From the NCBI GenBank assembly GCA_964016885.1, contig OZ024747.1, positions 22,134,001 through 22,198,000 of the forward strand: a DNA stretch of 64,000 bases, given 5' to 3'. The translations under genes were made by a program, and so were the position numbers. The notes beneath the pieces were generated by a model. It was not told the DNA's origin. It did no database searches and saw nothing but the letters and a program-made list of their open reading frames with translations. Shown in pieces: positions 36,603 through 48,540 of this stretch. Position 1 is the first letter of the stretch. Every line of letters begins with the position of its first letter. Source of the stretch: Eledone cirrhosa (Eukaryota).

Positions 36603-38091
36603 ATCATCATCATCATCATTTTACGTCCGCTCTTCCCTGCTTGCAAGGGTGGGACGGGTCTTATTCAGCACAGCATCTCTCCACTCGTCACGGTCCTTCG
36701 TCATCTCCACCGTGAGCTTCAGCGATCTGGGGTCTGTTCTCACCACCTCCGCCCATGTTTGTCGCGGTCTACCTCTACCACGTCTTCCTTCAACTGGCAT
36801 TTCCTGGCACTTCTTCACCCATCGGTCATCCTCCATGCGCATCACATGTCCATACCACCTCAGTCTCCTCTCGCGCACACTACATTCTATCCCTCTCAGA
36901 CACAGTTTCTCTCTCAACACATTCATGCTGGGTCGTTCATGCACATTTACACTGCACATCCAACGGAGCATGCTTGCCTCATTTCTCTCCAGCCGTCGCA
37001 TATCTTCTGCAGTTGCTGCCCATGTCTCTCTACCATGCAGCATCGCGCTCCTCACACAGGCATCATATAACCGGCCTTTTGTACGCAGGGAGAAACCCTT
37101 CTTCGTCAGCAGCTCCCTAAACTTCTTCGAACCCATCCTTATTCTAGATACTATGGCCTCGGAACACCCCCCTCCCATGCTAATCTGATCACCTAGGTAC
37201 CGGAAGCTATCCACCACTTCTATAGCACCCGCCTGCATTTGAAAAATGTGTCTATCAATGCAACTTCTACTGTCTAATTTCCCTGTACATCTACTACATA
37301 CGTATTTCTCCCTACCTAGTAGTTTGCCTGCTATCCCGCTACATCTCTTGTGTACCCAGGATCTGCATTGTGTGCATTTTATAGAATTTATGCAAGTTCC
37401 TTTTCTGCATATCGAACATGGCCATTTCCCTGACGGAATCAGAGTTTTGTCCTCTTTTCTACTCATCAACACTTTTGTCTTAGCTAGGTTCACTCTCAGT
37501 CCTCTTGCTTCCAACTGCTGTTTCCATAACCAGAATTTATTCTCTAGCTTCTCTACTGATTCTGCTATAAGAACCAGATCGTCAGCATAGAGAAGTTCCC
37601 ATGGACAGCCAGTCTTAAACTCCTCTGTTATGGCTTGGAGGACTATAATGAACAAGAGCGGGCTGAGGACCGAACCTTGATGTACTCCTACTTGTATCAG
37701 GAATTCCTGACTAAACTCCATTCCTACCCTGACTTTACTGATAGTACCTCTGTACAAAGTTTGCACTGTCCTCACAAGCCATTCCTCAACACCTAGTTTC
37801 CTTAGGGACCACCAGACCTCAGATTGGGGTACCCTATCAAAGGCCTTCTCTAGGTCAACAAAGGCTAAGTATAGTGGCTTATTTTTCTCTAAGAACCTCT
37901 CTTGTAATTGTCTCACCAAGAAGAGGGCTTCTGTTGTACTCTTCCCAGGCACAAAACCAAACTGCATCTCATCTAGTTTGACCCTTTCTCTAATTAGTTT
38001 TATGTAGTAGTTTATGAGAATAACCATATATAGCCTGATTGATGATGCGTGCAACCAGTTTAGTGCCTACGTCCCCTGATGCCTTCAGCAT
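36603..38091 (-). mobile_element. 5'-truncated RTE-clade LINE: RT domain with inserted PHD-like Cys/His finger, intact C-terminus and (GAT)n tail
   Basis: ORF 36621-~37995 has QFGF, AFVDLEKAFDRVP, GVHQGSVLSP, LLYADDL, CSIC..C..C..WVHKRC..C..C, FRYLG, RLRWYGHVMR and RGRGRP. A detached upstream piece, MLKASGDVGTKLVARIINQAI (38030-38091), indicates an internal deletion. Flanks attatagtata / attagagtata may be a TSD. Confidence 0.95.
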
Positions 38092-39483
38092 TAGAGTATA
38101 TATAATTAAAGCAACATTACCATGAACCATAATTATGAAATAGGAAAATAGAAATGAATAATTTTTTGATAAATGACCTCTTTAAATTTGCTATCTTGAA
38201 TGAATTCTTTCAATGGAGGAGTTTTTACTTTTTATAAGTTATATTACCAGTGTCGATCCATGCCTTTTGAATGAAATTGGATAGATGGGAACTGTTTGGA
38301 AGTCTGTTGGATATGCTGTACTTGTAATTCAAAGACCCAGCCTCCTGAAGCTCCATGAGAATTATGTTAAGGGTACATGTGTCTGTGGAATGGTCAATCA
38401 GTTAATTCCATGAGCAGGCAGGCTGTTCTATTGGACAAATAACTGAAGCACTCATCATCAAAACTGATGGAGGACTATTGCTTCTGTTTAGAGAATAAAA
38501 AACCGTTAGCAATTAACTAATTGTAAAATTCTTTTGCCAAGTAGAGGAGACAACTACAGTGAAATATATGCTTCACTAAGGGGGTCTAATAAGATGAAAA
38601 TGTGTCTGGAATTGTATCTCATAACATATGGTATATTGATTATTGTGTTGTTAACAGTACACATAGCCAAAAAAATAACCCAGTTCATAGTAATATTGAT
38701 CAATATATAAATATATTCCAACGGGGTGAAGAAAGACTAAACTGGTATTCTGTTAGTGACAAAAGCATGTTGAAAGAATATTTTATCAACCTTAGAAGTA
38801 TGAAATGTAAAGTTGACCTTGGTTGGATTTGAACTCGAACCAGAGAAAACCAGAACAAATACTGCAAAGCATTCTGTCCAATGTTTTAATGCCTCTGCCA
38901 ATTCACCACCTATCTTTAAGTACTAATGATGGAAATAATTTAAACATTGAGACACATTCAAACAAATTTGGCTGCTATTTCTAGTATATTGATCTCTCTG
39001 ATAGCTTCTGTTAAAATTGATAATGATATCTACTCTAATAGTTGTCAACTTTTTTTCTAATATATTCATATTTGGTGAAGTGAATTTTTTATTTTCTAAA
39101 ACTTCTATTTCTGTAACATAATGGGTTTTATTTATTTATTTTTTTAAAACTTCTACTGCTATTAGATAATGGGTTTTGTTAAAAGATTTCAAGATGTTGC
39201 ATCTAATCATCTCAATGTGAAGGTCACTTATTTTGATAGCTTTAGAGTGTGCAGTAAATCTACTATAAAATTATATACTGTGCAGAGCTGTCAGTCAATA
39301 TTGTTTGTATATTTAATAACATTAATAATTTGACCTTGATTTTGGAACTGTGCCAAATCTTACCTACCAACCACGCCACCATTGTGATGGGAAACAAATT
39401 TATTTTACATTTTATTTCTGCGTCATTATTATGCTCTTGTGACAAATTAAAAACGAAACAAAGCAAAAAATATATATTTTATG

Positions 39484-39698
39484 TTAACTCATACTGCAAT
39501 GATTTAGCAGAAAATATCTAAAAGATTTTTAAATTCAAATTTTTTTTAGTATCTTTGCCAGTAGACAGAATGTTATGAAAATGTTCAGTAAACTAGAGAG
39601 TTTAAATTTCAATGTGAAGCAGTTATAGCCACTGTTTTGTACTTTTCAAAAATGTCTTGTTAATGTGGTTTCATGTGGCACAGGATGGTAAGAGTTAA
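39484..39698. mobile_element. Third TTAA MITE family (TIR TTAACTCTTAACATCCTG); copies at ~39833-40052 (inverted), ~42684-42890 and ~46886-47144
   Basis: Shared aatgatttagcagaaaatatctaaaa and gcggtttcatgtggcacaggatg(t/g)taagagttaa segments. Confidence 0.7.
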
Positions 39699-41640
39699 TG
39701 ACTAAAAGAGTTGATATTTTCTCCATATCACTACTTCTTGTTTTTCACCACAGTCCGAAATTGTTTTAAGCATGAGACCAATACACTCCTCCCCCTACAA
39801 GCTGCAATTAAACACTTAAAGTAACTTTTGTTCCTAACATCCTGTGCCGCATGAAACCGCATTAGTAAGATATTTTTGAAAAATATCAAAACTGCACTGT
39901 GGCTGCATCACATTAAAAATTGAAGTCTTCACTTTAATACTGTAAATTTTCACTATGATCTGTCCATTAGTAACGATACTAATTAACATTTGAATCGGCA
40001 AACCTATGTTTAGATATTTTCTCCTAAATCATTACAGGATGTTAAGAATTAAATACTTTGTGTATTGTTTTCACTTTGTCAAAAGTGATCTACAGATTGA
40101 TGGTCTTGAAAGAGGAAACTTAGTTTAGCCATGCTATTTATATATTCCAGTAATGGGTAAACTGTGGCCTGCATGTCACATGTAGCCTGTGCCCCACATG
40201 CAGCTTATTTGGCTTTCTGAGTGGCACGCCCAATTTCAAAATTGCCTTGAATTGTTTAGTAGTGAGGCCCGCCTTATGATGAGTCATATCCAATGCTACC
40301 CACTGCTTGAACAAGTTTGCCCATGCTTAGAAACTCTTCTAATCCCTTTTATCACTAACAGAACACCAGCTTGGTCATCCTGTTGGAATATATATATTGA
40401 TCAATATTACTATGAACTGGGGTTATTTTGCTAACTGGACTGTTAACACCAATAATCAATATATCATATGTTATCTATGGCTGTCTGTCATATTTCTATA
40501 TACATGTGTGTGTGTGTGTGTTATTCAGTGCATGTCTCTGTGTGTGTTATTGTCTATGTCTGTGTTTGTTATTGTGTGAGAAGTAATGTGTGTGTATGAG
40601 AAATGACATACATGTTTATGTGGTAGTGTTTGTGTTTTTGAATGAAATGATATATTTCTGTGTTTTAAATAAATAATGTGAATTTAAAAGGGAGAAAATA
40701 AAGTGGCTTGGTTATGTAACACAACACCATAACATCCCAGCTCTAGCAAATAGGGTTTGCATAGGCAATATTAGTATTGATGACATGATAAATATATTCT
40801 GTAAAGTAATTGGTGATAGGAAGGGTATTTAGCTGCAGGAGGACTCTTCAGCCACGTCAAAGAGATGACGACTTCTCTGGTGTTGATGATATGGTAAACA
40901 CACTCAGTACACCCTGTAAAGTGGTTGGTGATAGGCAGGGTATCCAGATATAGAAAACTTGCCAAACTAAGAGTCAAGAGGACTTTTAAACTTTGAAATC
41001 ACTGCATGACATATTTACCATAAGCTGGTTCATGCCTCAGGAGTGAAATTGGGTTGATAGAAACATCTGCCCTGAGCATTCTTATTTATTCGGAGTGGCT
41101 GCTCTCTTAGACTGGTTGCTTTCACTATGGCTTCCAGAGCGTACATCTATCCCATACAGGAAATTTTACAATATTCATGAGCCTTTCGCTTCCTCTTCCC
41201 CTGGCTATCTTTACATGAAACAAAACAAAAACCCCTAAGTAAACATGTTTAGACACATATGCATATGCACAAATAAAATCATGCTTATATGTATATATAT
41301 GCAAACTCATATATGCATGCATGTACCCTCAAATATATAAATGTACATGCACATAAAGACTCAGTCTTGCTTAACCATTAATACATACATATCCATATAT
41401 ATGTATTCATACATGCAAGCTCAAATATTTTTATACTAAATGTTTAATAAGATGAAATAGGTGATCAATATTGAATGTTTTATGTTTGAAATATAATTGT
41501 AATTGATCTAAACACAATATTCTAAATATTTTATTTAATCATTCTTCCACAGAGATACCCTCTCTGGAATTTCTTCCTTACCTACATTGCTGATTTTACT
41601 ATTTGTTCCTTGGTCAGCCATGATCAAGCATATCTATAAT

Positions 41641-41858
41641 GGTTTCTTATATAGGCACAAGGCCAGCATTTTTTGGGGGAGGGGAAAGTCGATTAAATCG
41701 ACCCCAGTGTGTGACTGGTACTTTATTTTATCGATTCTATAAGGATGAAAGGCAAAGTTAACCTCGGCGGGATTTGAACTCAGATCATAAAGGGCCGTAA
41801 CTCTATGCTGCAAAGCATGGTGTCTGACCCTCTACCAATACTGCCAATCCACTGCCCT
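41641..41858 (-). mobile_element. Full-length abundant SINE (long-tail subfamily)
   Basis: TSD tatctataat. Confidence 0.9.
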
Positions 41859-42008
41859 ATCTATAATCAAAGGCATTCCACCCTGTTTTTTATTCAATGA
41901 AATTTTCTTTAAATTATGTTAGTTCCTCCCTATCCCTATTTTTTCCCATGGACAGGAGTCTACAGTTGTTCAAATTGAAGATTACCACATTCATTACATT
42001 ATTCTGAA

Positions 42009-42226
42009 AGGGCAGGGGATTGGCAGTATCGGTAGAGGGTCGGTCGCCATGCATTGCAGCGTAGAGTTTCGGCCGTTTATGATCTGAGTTCAAATCCCAC
42101 CGAGGTTAACTTTGCCTTTCATCCTTACGGGGTCGATAAAATAAAGTACCAGTCACGCACTGGTATCGATTTAATCGACTTTCCCCTGCCTCAAAATTGC
42201 TGGCCTTGTGCCTATATAAGAAACGA
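42009..42226 (+). mobile_element. Full-length abundant SINE (long-tail subfamily)
   Basis: TSD attattctgaaag; A box tggcagtatcgg and B box gagttcaaatcc. Confidence 0.9.
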
Positions 42227-42464
42227 TTATTCTGAAAGGACAATGTCTGAAAAAGGTTACAGGCAATATGCTTCCTCCTCAGAAACATAATCTTCATTTC
42301 CCTTTCTTGATTTTGCATACATATTCATATGTTAGTATAGGTTTGACTTTTCTGCAAATTCAGATATTTGCATATGTTGTTTGTTAGATCATCTGTGTAT
42401 TTTACAGTTGTATGTTCTTCTCACTGCTTGATCACTTCCTCTTTGAAGTTGAAGCTACAATAAT

Positions 42465-42650
42465 TGTTTCTACTTTAGGCACAAGGCCAGCAAATACCCA
42501 GTGCATTACTGGTACTTTATTTTATCGACCCCGTAAGGATGAAAGGCAAAGTCAACCTCGGCGGGATTTGAACTCAGATTGTAAAGGGACGTAACTATGC
42601 TGGAAAGCATGGCGTCCGACCCTCTACTGATACTGCCAATCCACCGCCCT
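42465..42650 (-). mobile_element. Full-length abundant SINE (short-tail subfamily)
   Basis: TSD gttgaagctacaataat. Confidence 0.9.
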
Positions 42651-43053
42651 TAACCGTTGAAGCTACAATAATGTCCACCTATTTTAATTCTTAACATCCT
42701 GTAATGATTTAGCAGAAAATATCTAAAAAATGTTTGATAATTCAAATGTTGTGAATGAGAGATTGTGAAAATTTGCAGTATTAGAGAAAAGACTTTAAAT
42801 TTTAATGTCATGCAGTCATAGTGTTGTTTTGTACTTTTCACAGAAATCTTGCTAATGCGGTTCCATGTGGTACATGGTGTTAAAAGTTAATAAGGTCAAA
42901 GTGAGACGGGTGCCACTTGCTGTATTTGAACCTATGGCTTCTTTACCAATAGTTCAACATCTCAAAATTATTTGAGTTTGTAAAATTCCAACTATAATCA
43001 TAATTCTATGGCTGCTTTCTTCTATACTGGCAAGAATTAGCAAAGGATTGTTG

Positions 43054-43101
<48 letters not shown>

Positions 43102-44638
43102 ATGTGCAAGACCAAAATTATGAGCACAGAGTTTGTGTATTGGCCTTGTGCCAGCTAATTTCTTGCTTGTGTGTGTGTTTATGTATGTAGGTATGTACTA
43201 CCTGGTCTCCTAGTCAAAGTAGGTTAGATTGTACTACTACTACAGCAACTCAACTACTATTACTACTATTTTGATGGCTTTCCCAAGCAGTCACCCATCT
43301 AGCTACCTGCCTTAACTTTAAAACAATTTAGCAGAAGGAAATTATGTGTTTTTAGCACCAGTTGCTGTAGCTAGTTACCATGTTATTTAAAGCATAGATT
43401 AGAAGGAACGTTCCAAGTATTATTTGTATATATGTATATTATTTGGGAGGCAGGGGTGGGAGAGAGTAATGTTACAGAACTAGACAAGAATAGTGTTTCT
43501 TGATGTATTGTATTTAGATTATTTGGGTTAAGTTCTACAGCAACAGGAAGAGATTTCATGAATTAGCTCTTCACTAGCAAGCATGATCAAGAGAGATGGA
43601 GCCAGTTGTTATCATTGAAACATTAACTCTTTTCATACCAAACTGCCTAAAACAGCCCCTGGTTCTATTAACACAAAGAATATTTTTTTATATATTTGCC
43701 TAAAAACCCTCCATCTTTATTTTAAGTAAGAACTTTGTAAAGTTATGTTTCAAATACCTAATTAGTAAGAAAGTTAGTTCTATTACTAAATATTTTCCAT
43801 CATAATTTTATGTAAGAAGCTTGTTATGTTTCATTCACCAGATTAATAATGAGAAAGTTATTTGCATTACTAAATCTTTCCAAATTCTTACTTATTTGAA
43901 AATCATATGCAATATCTTTTAGAAATATGATAATGTAAGGGGTAACCCACTAGCAAACTTGATTTGAAAGATGAGCCTGTTATTATCACTGAATCATTAA
44001 CTAGAATAAAGCAAGTTATAAAAGAATGGTGTGTAAAAGAACTTTGTTCCAGAAAGTTATTAAATCATTGTTATTAAATATTATTAAATCATTCCAAATG
44101 CATGATTATTTTTAAAATTTTGGGGAAATCAAAAGCATTTTTTAAAAATTATTATTAAAAATATGGTAATGAAATGGGTAACAGATCTTAGAATGACTGA
44201 GAATATGCAGATTTTAGATTTTTTTTTAATTGAAGGATATTCAGATTAGGTGATTTCCAATATTGATTAGTTTAGTGGGTAACATCAGTATCAATACTAA
44301 CTAGCTGAAAATACTTGGCTGTATTTAGTCTCTCTTGTCAATTATTGAGAGACTATGACATGTTTTTACAATCATTTCATTTAAACAAAAGACCTTTGTT
44401 TATTCCAGCGGGTAACTTTTTAATACTTAGTAGAATATATATTTATATTATAAAGAAGGTCATCTGACGTCAAGCTTTTCATTTACAAAAAAATTCATAT
44501 CCTTTTATATAATCCTCCAGTTTAGTTTATTGCAAGAATATCACTGTTGCTAATTTAAAGTGTTTATTGATTAGTCCACTCTTCTGAAGTTAAATTATTA
44601 TTGCATTAATTAATCTGGCATTTGTATTCAATAATAAT

Positions 44639-44932
44639 TGCTTCTACTTTTGGCACAAGGCCAGTAATTACCCCAGTGCATTACTGGTACTTTATTTTAT
44701 CAACCCCGTAAGGATGAAAGGCAAAGTTAACCTTGGCAGAATTTGAACTCGGGTCATAAAGGGCTGTAACTCTGTTACAAAGCATGGCGTCCGACCCTCT
44801 ACCGATACTGCCAATCCAATTCAATAATAATTGTTTCTACATTTGGCACAAGGCCAGCAAATACCCAGTGTATTACTGGTACTTTATTTTATCGACCCCG
44901 AAAGGATGAAAGGCAAAGTTAACCTCGGCAGG
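44639..44932 (-). mobile_element. Two abundant-SINE copies in tandem at one target
   Basis: Copies at 44639-44817 and 44832-44932, separated and flanked by three copies of attcaataataat. Confidence 0.85.
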
Positions 44933-45004
44933 TTATTCAATAATAATAAGAGTTTGTAAGCCTTATTGACTTGTACAAATCCTAGGTGACTAGAATCCTT
45001 CCTT

Positions 45005-45270
45005 GTGATGATAAAAAAACAAAAACTTTCCTGGTACAGTCATGTACCCTGCCATGCTCCCTGTCTAAAACCATCCTTCAGAACACAGTTGAGGGAGGAC
45101 AAAGAAGAGGCAAAGAAAATCTTTGATTGTCAACATTAAGGACTGGACAGGTCACAACACTGCAAACCTTCTATGCATGATGGTGTATAGAAACTATTGA
45201 CAAAAGCTGACTACAAAAGTATCTTGAGTAATCCCCCAACAACTGGCTGTACGAGTTGTGAGAACTTGAT
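45005..45270 (+). mobile_element. Degraded RTE-BovB-like LINE C-terminus
   Basis: KKQKLSWYSHV...LSKTILQNTVEGGQRRG...NIKDWTG. Confidence 0.65.
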
Positions 45271-47584
45271 GAGGGAGATTGACTTGAATTTCTGGGAATA
45301 GATATTTATAAAAAGCTCAGTTTCACTTGGTTTATGAAGTGTATTTAAGTCAGTTGAAACATTCTAAGCAGAGAGCTTCTACATGATCTCTCAACCTGTA
45401 AGAAACAGTTGCCAAATTCCCCTTTAAATCACACCCTACTACCTTAGAAGTGTTTTAAGGCCATCTTTAATGCTAAAGCAGTGGTTAGACTCGTGAGCCC
45501 CATGACAAGCTTCTCCACTTTTCCCTATCATCTTTATCCATATCTTTCTTGGTATTCTCTTCCTTTACTTATTGCATTATGTAGTCATAGATATACTGTA
45601 TCTGACAAAAAAGTGAAAGACCAAATGGTTTTGCTTAGAACACCTTTGACCATATGTCTGTTAGTTTAGGGCTCACCAAGATCTTCACAACAATGAATGA
45701 TTTGACAATACTAATGGATAGAAAGTTCTAGAGTATAGCTAATGTAACTAGAAAGGCAGAAGAAACCTGTATATACATAGAAGTTTAGCTCATTATATTT
45801 GAGTTAAGATAAACTACTTGGGGAAATACTCTTTCAACAAAATATTTCTTTTTAAATTGTTGGAAATGTTAAATTTAAAAAATAAGGTGGAAATAGTGAT
45901 TTGAAGAAATAATACAGTAAGAGAAATCGTGATAATTATAGCTTATAGAATAAGAAAATATATATGCAAATATAGGCAGCGAATTGGCAGTCATTAGAAT
46001 GTCGGATAAATTGCTTTATGATATTTGTTCTGGCTCTCTGTTCTCTGAGTTCAAATCCCACTGAGGTCAACTTTGCTTTTCATCCTTTCAAAGTTGTTAA
46101 AAAAAACTACCAGTCTAGATGGATTCTTCCTCTATATCTCTTTCTCATTTCCCCTCTCTCTCATCATCATCATCATCATCATCATCGTTTAACGTCCGTG
46201 TTCCATGCTTGCATGGGTTTGGACGGGAGTTTTCCCACTTGAGGCAAGAGTGGTTGTCTTGCTCGCATAGGACTGTTTGGCGGGTTTTCTACAGTTGGAT
46301 GCCCTTCCTAACACCAACCACATTTACAGTGTGGGGCTGGGAGGTTTTTACCGTGTTGCCTACACGTCCACATTACAGCGTGGACTGTCTGGCAGGTTTT
46401 CTACAGTTGGATGCCCTTCCTAACACCAACCACATTTACAGTGTGGGACTGGGAGGTTTTTACCGTGTTGCCTAACTCTCTCATTTCTATCTTTCTCTGG
46501 AAGAAATCTGCTGTACTCAGGCCTGGAGAAGGATGGACTCCACCAGGCTTTAAATGCCCAAGAAACACAGCATATCAATACAGCACCCCTACGACTCTAT
46601 CAGTAGTTACAGGACCATACATACATATGCAAATATAGAGAAATGGAGGAGAAATAAACAGGAATAGAGGAGCTAGAAGCTTTTATATATTTACTTTGAG
46701 GCTTCATATTTCTGACTCCAAATTCTGCTGAAGTCAGTTTTTCCCTTTCATCATTTTCAATGTTGATAAAATAACTACAAATATTATATAAAGGTCAACT
46801 CATTTAATTATATTCTTGCTTTGAAAAATATTGACCTTAACTAAATATGGGGAGCTTGTAACTAGAACGCATGTCTAGATTGACATTAACTCTTAATGTC
46901 CTGTACCATATGAAACCGATTTAAGAAAACATATTTGAAAAGTTACCCATGTTAGCGTGGAAGATGGACATTAAACAATGATGATGATAACAAAGCAGCA
47001 ATATGACTGCATCACATTGAAAATTTAAGTGTTTAGTGTAATATTGCAAATTTTCAGAATCTGTCTATTAGTAAAAATATAACATTTGAACTAACTTGTT
47101 TCTAGATATTTTCTCCTAAATCATTACAGAATGTTAAGAGTTAAAATAATCATTTAGTTCACAATAATTTAGCCATTTATGAAGATACTATAAACATTTA
47201 AATTAACAAACATTTTTAGATATTTTCTGCTAAATCAATACAAGATGTGAAGGATGCTGGCTGTCATTAGTTTTCTTCATCAATGATTCAAAATAACTCA
47301 TATACTTAGCAGAGTGGTCTGTGTGTGCCCTTGGTCATATATTAGGTATTTTAGGCTATTTTGGAGAGTGGGGTGAGTCAGATGAATCAAATTGGGTCAC
47401 AACCACACAATTTAGGTGTCTGTGTGTATGCATTTGTATAAAAATGGATTCCTTACTGTTTTATGTGTTAAAGGTATATGATTCATTGTTGAACAAGGTT
47501 CTATAAGTGCAAACTGTAACATTCAATGGCTTACAGAATGTTTCATTCATATGATTAATCTCTAGATTGTTCCCACTGATTCAG

Positions 47585-48540
47585 TTAGACTGGAAATATT
47601 GTTTACTGTAGTTTTGTTAGGGCTGAGTAACAAGTAGAACTATATTAGACTGGAAATGTTGTTTACTGTAGTTTTGTTAGGGCTGAGTAACAGGTAGAAC
47701 TATATTAGACTGGAAATGTTGTTACTGTAGTTTTGTTAGGGCTGAGTAACAAGTAGAACTATATTAGACTGGAAATATTGTTTACTCTAGTTTTGTTAGG
47801 GCTGAGTAACAGGTAGAACTATATTAGACTGGAAATATTGTTTACTGTAGTTTTGTTAGGGCTGAGTAACAAGTAGAACTATATTAGACTGGAAATATTG
47901 TTTACTGTAGTTTTGTTAGGGCTGAGTAACAGGTAGAACTATATTAGACTGGAAATATTGTTTACTCTAGTTTTGTTAGGGCTGAGTAACAAGTAGAACT
48001 ATATTAGACTGGAAATGTTGTTTACTGTAGTTTTGTTAGGGCTGAGTAACAGGTAGAACTATATTAGACTGGAAATATTGTTTACTGTAGTTTTGTTAGG
48101 GCTGAGTAACAGGTAGAACTATATTAGACTGGAAATGTTGTTTACTCTAGTTTTGTTAGGGCTGAGTAACAGGTAGAACTATATTAGACTGGAAATGTTG
48201 TTTACTGTAGTTTTGTTAGGGCTGAGTAACAAGTAGAACTATATTAGACTGGAAATATTGTTTACTGTAGTTTTGTTAGGGCTGAGTAACAAGTAGAACT
48301 ATATTAGACTGGAAATGTTGTTTACTGTAGTTTTGTTAGGGCTGAGTAACAGGTAGAACTATATTAGACTGGAAATATTGTTTACTCTAGTTTTGTTAGG
48401 GCTGAGTAACAGGTAGAACTATATTAGACTGGAAATATTGTTTACTCTAGTTTTGTTAGGGCTGAGTAACAGGTAGAACTATATTAGACTGGAAATGTTG
48501 TTTACTGTAGTTTTGTTAGGGCTGAGTAACAGGTAGAACT
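47585..48540. repeat. 60-bp minisatellite, ~16 copies
   Basis: ttagactggaaat(a/g)ttgtttact(g/c)tagttttgttagggctgagtaaca(a/g)gtagaactata, head to tail with no spacers. Confidence 0.97.

Noticed and set aside
36649-37590. + strand ORFs of 103-179 aa
   Set aside because: Antisense shadows of the RTE ORF.
47585-48540. CRISPR-like regular array
   Set aside because: Units are contiguous with no unique spacers, there are no cas genes, and the context is eukaryotic.
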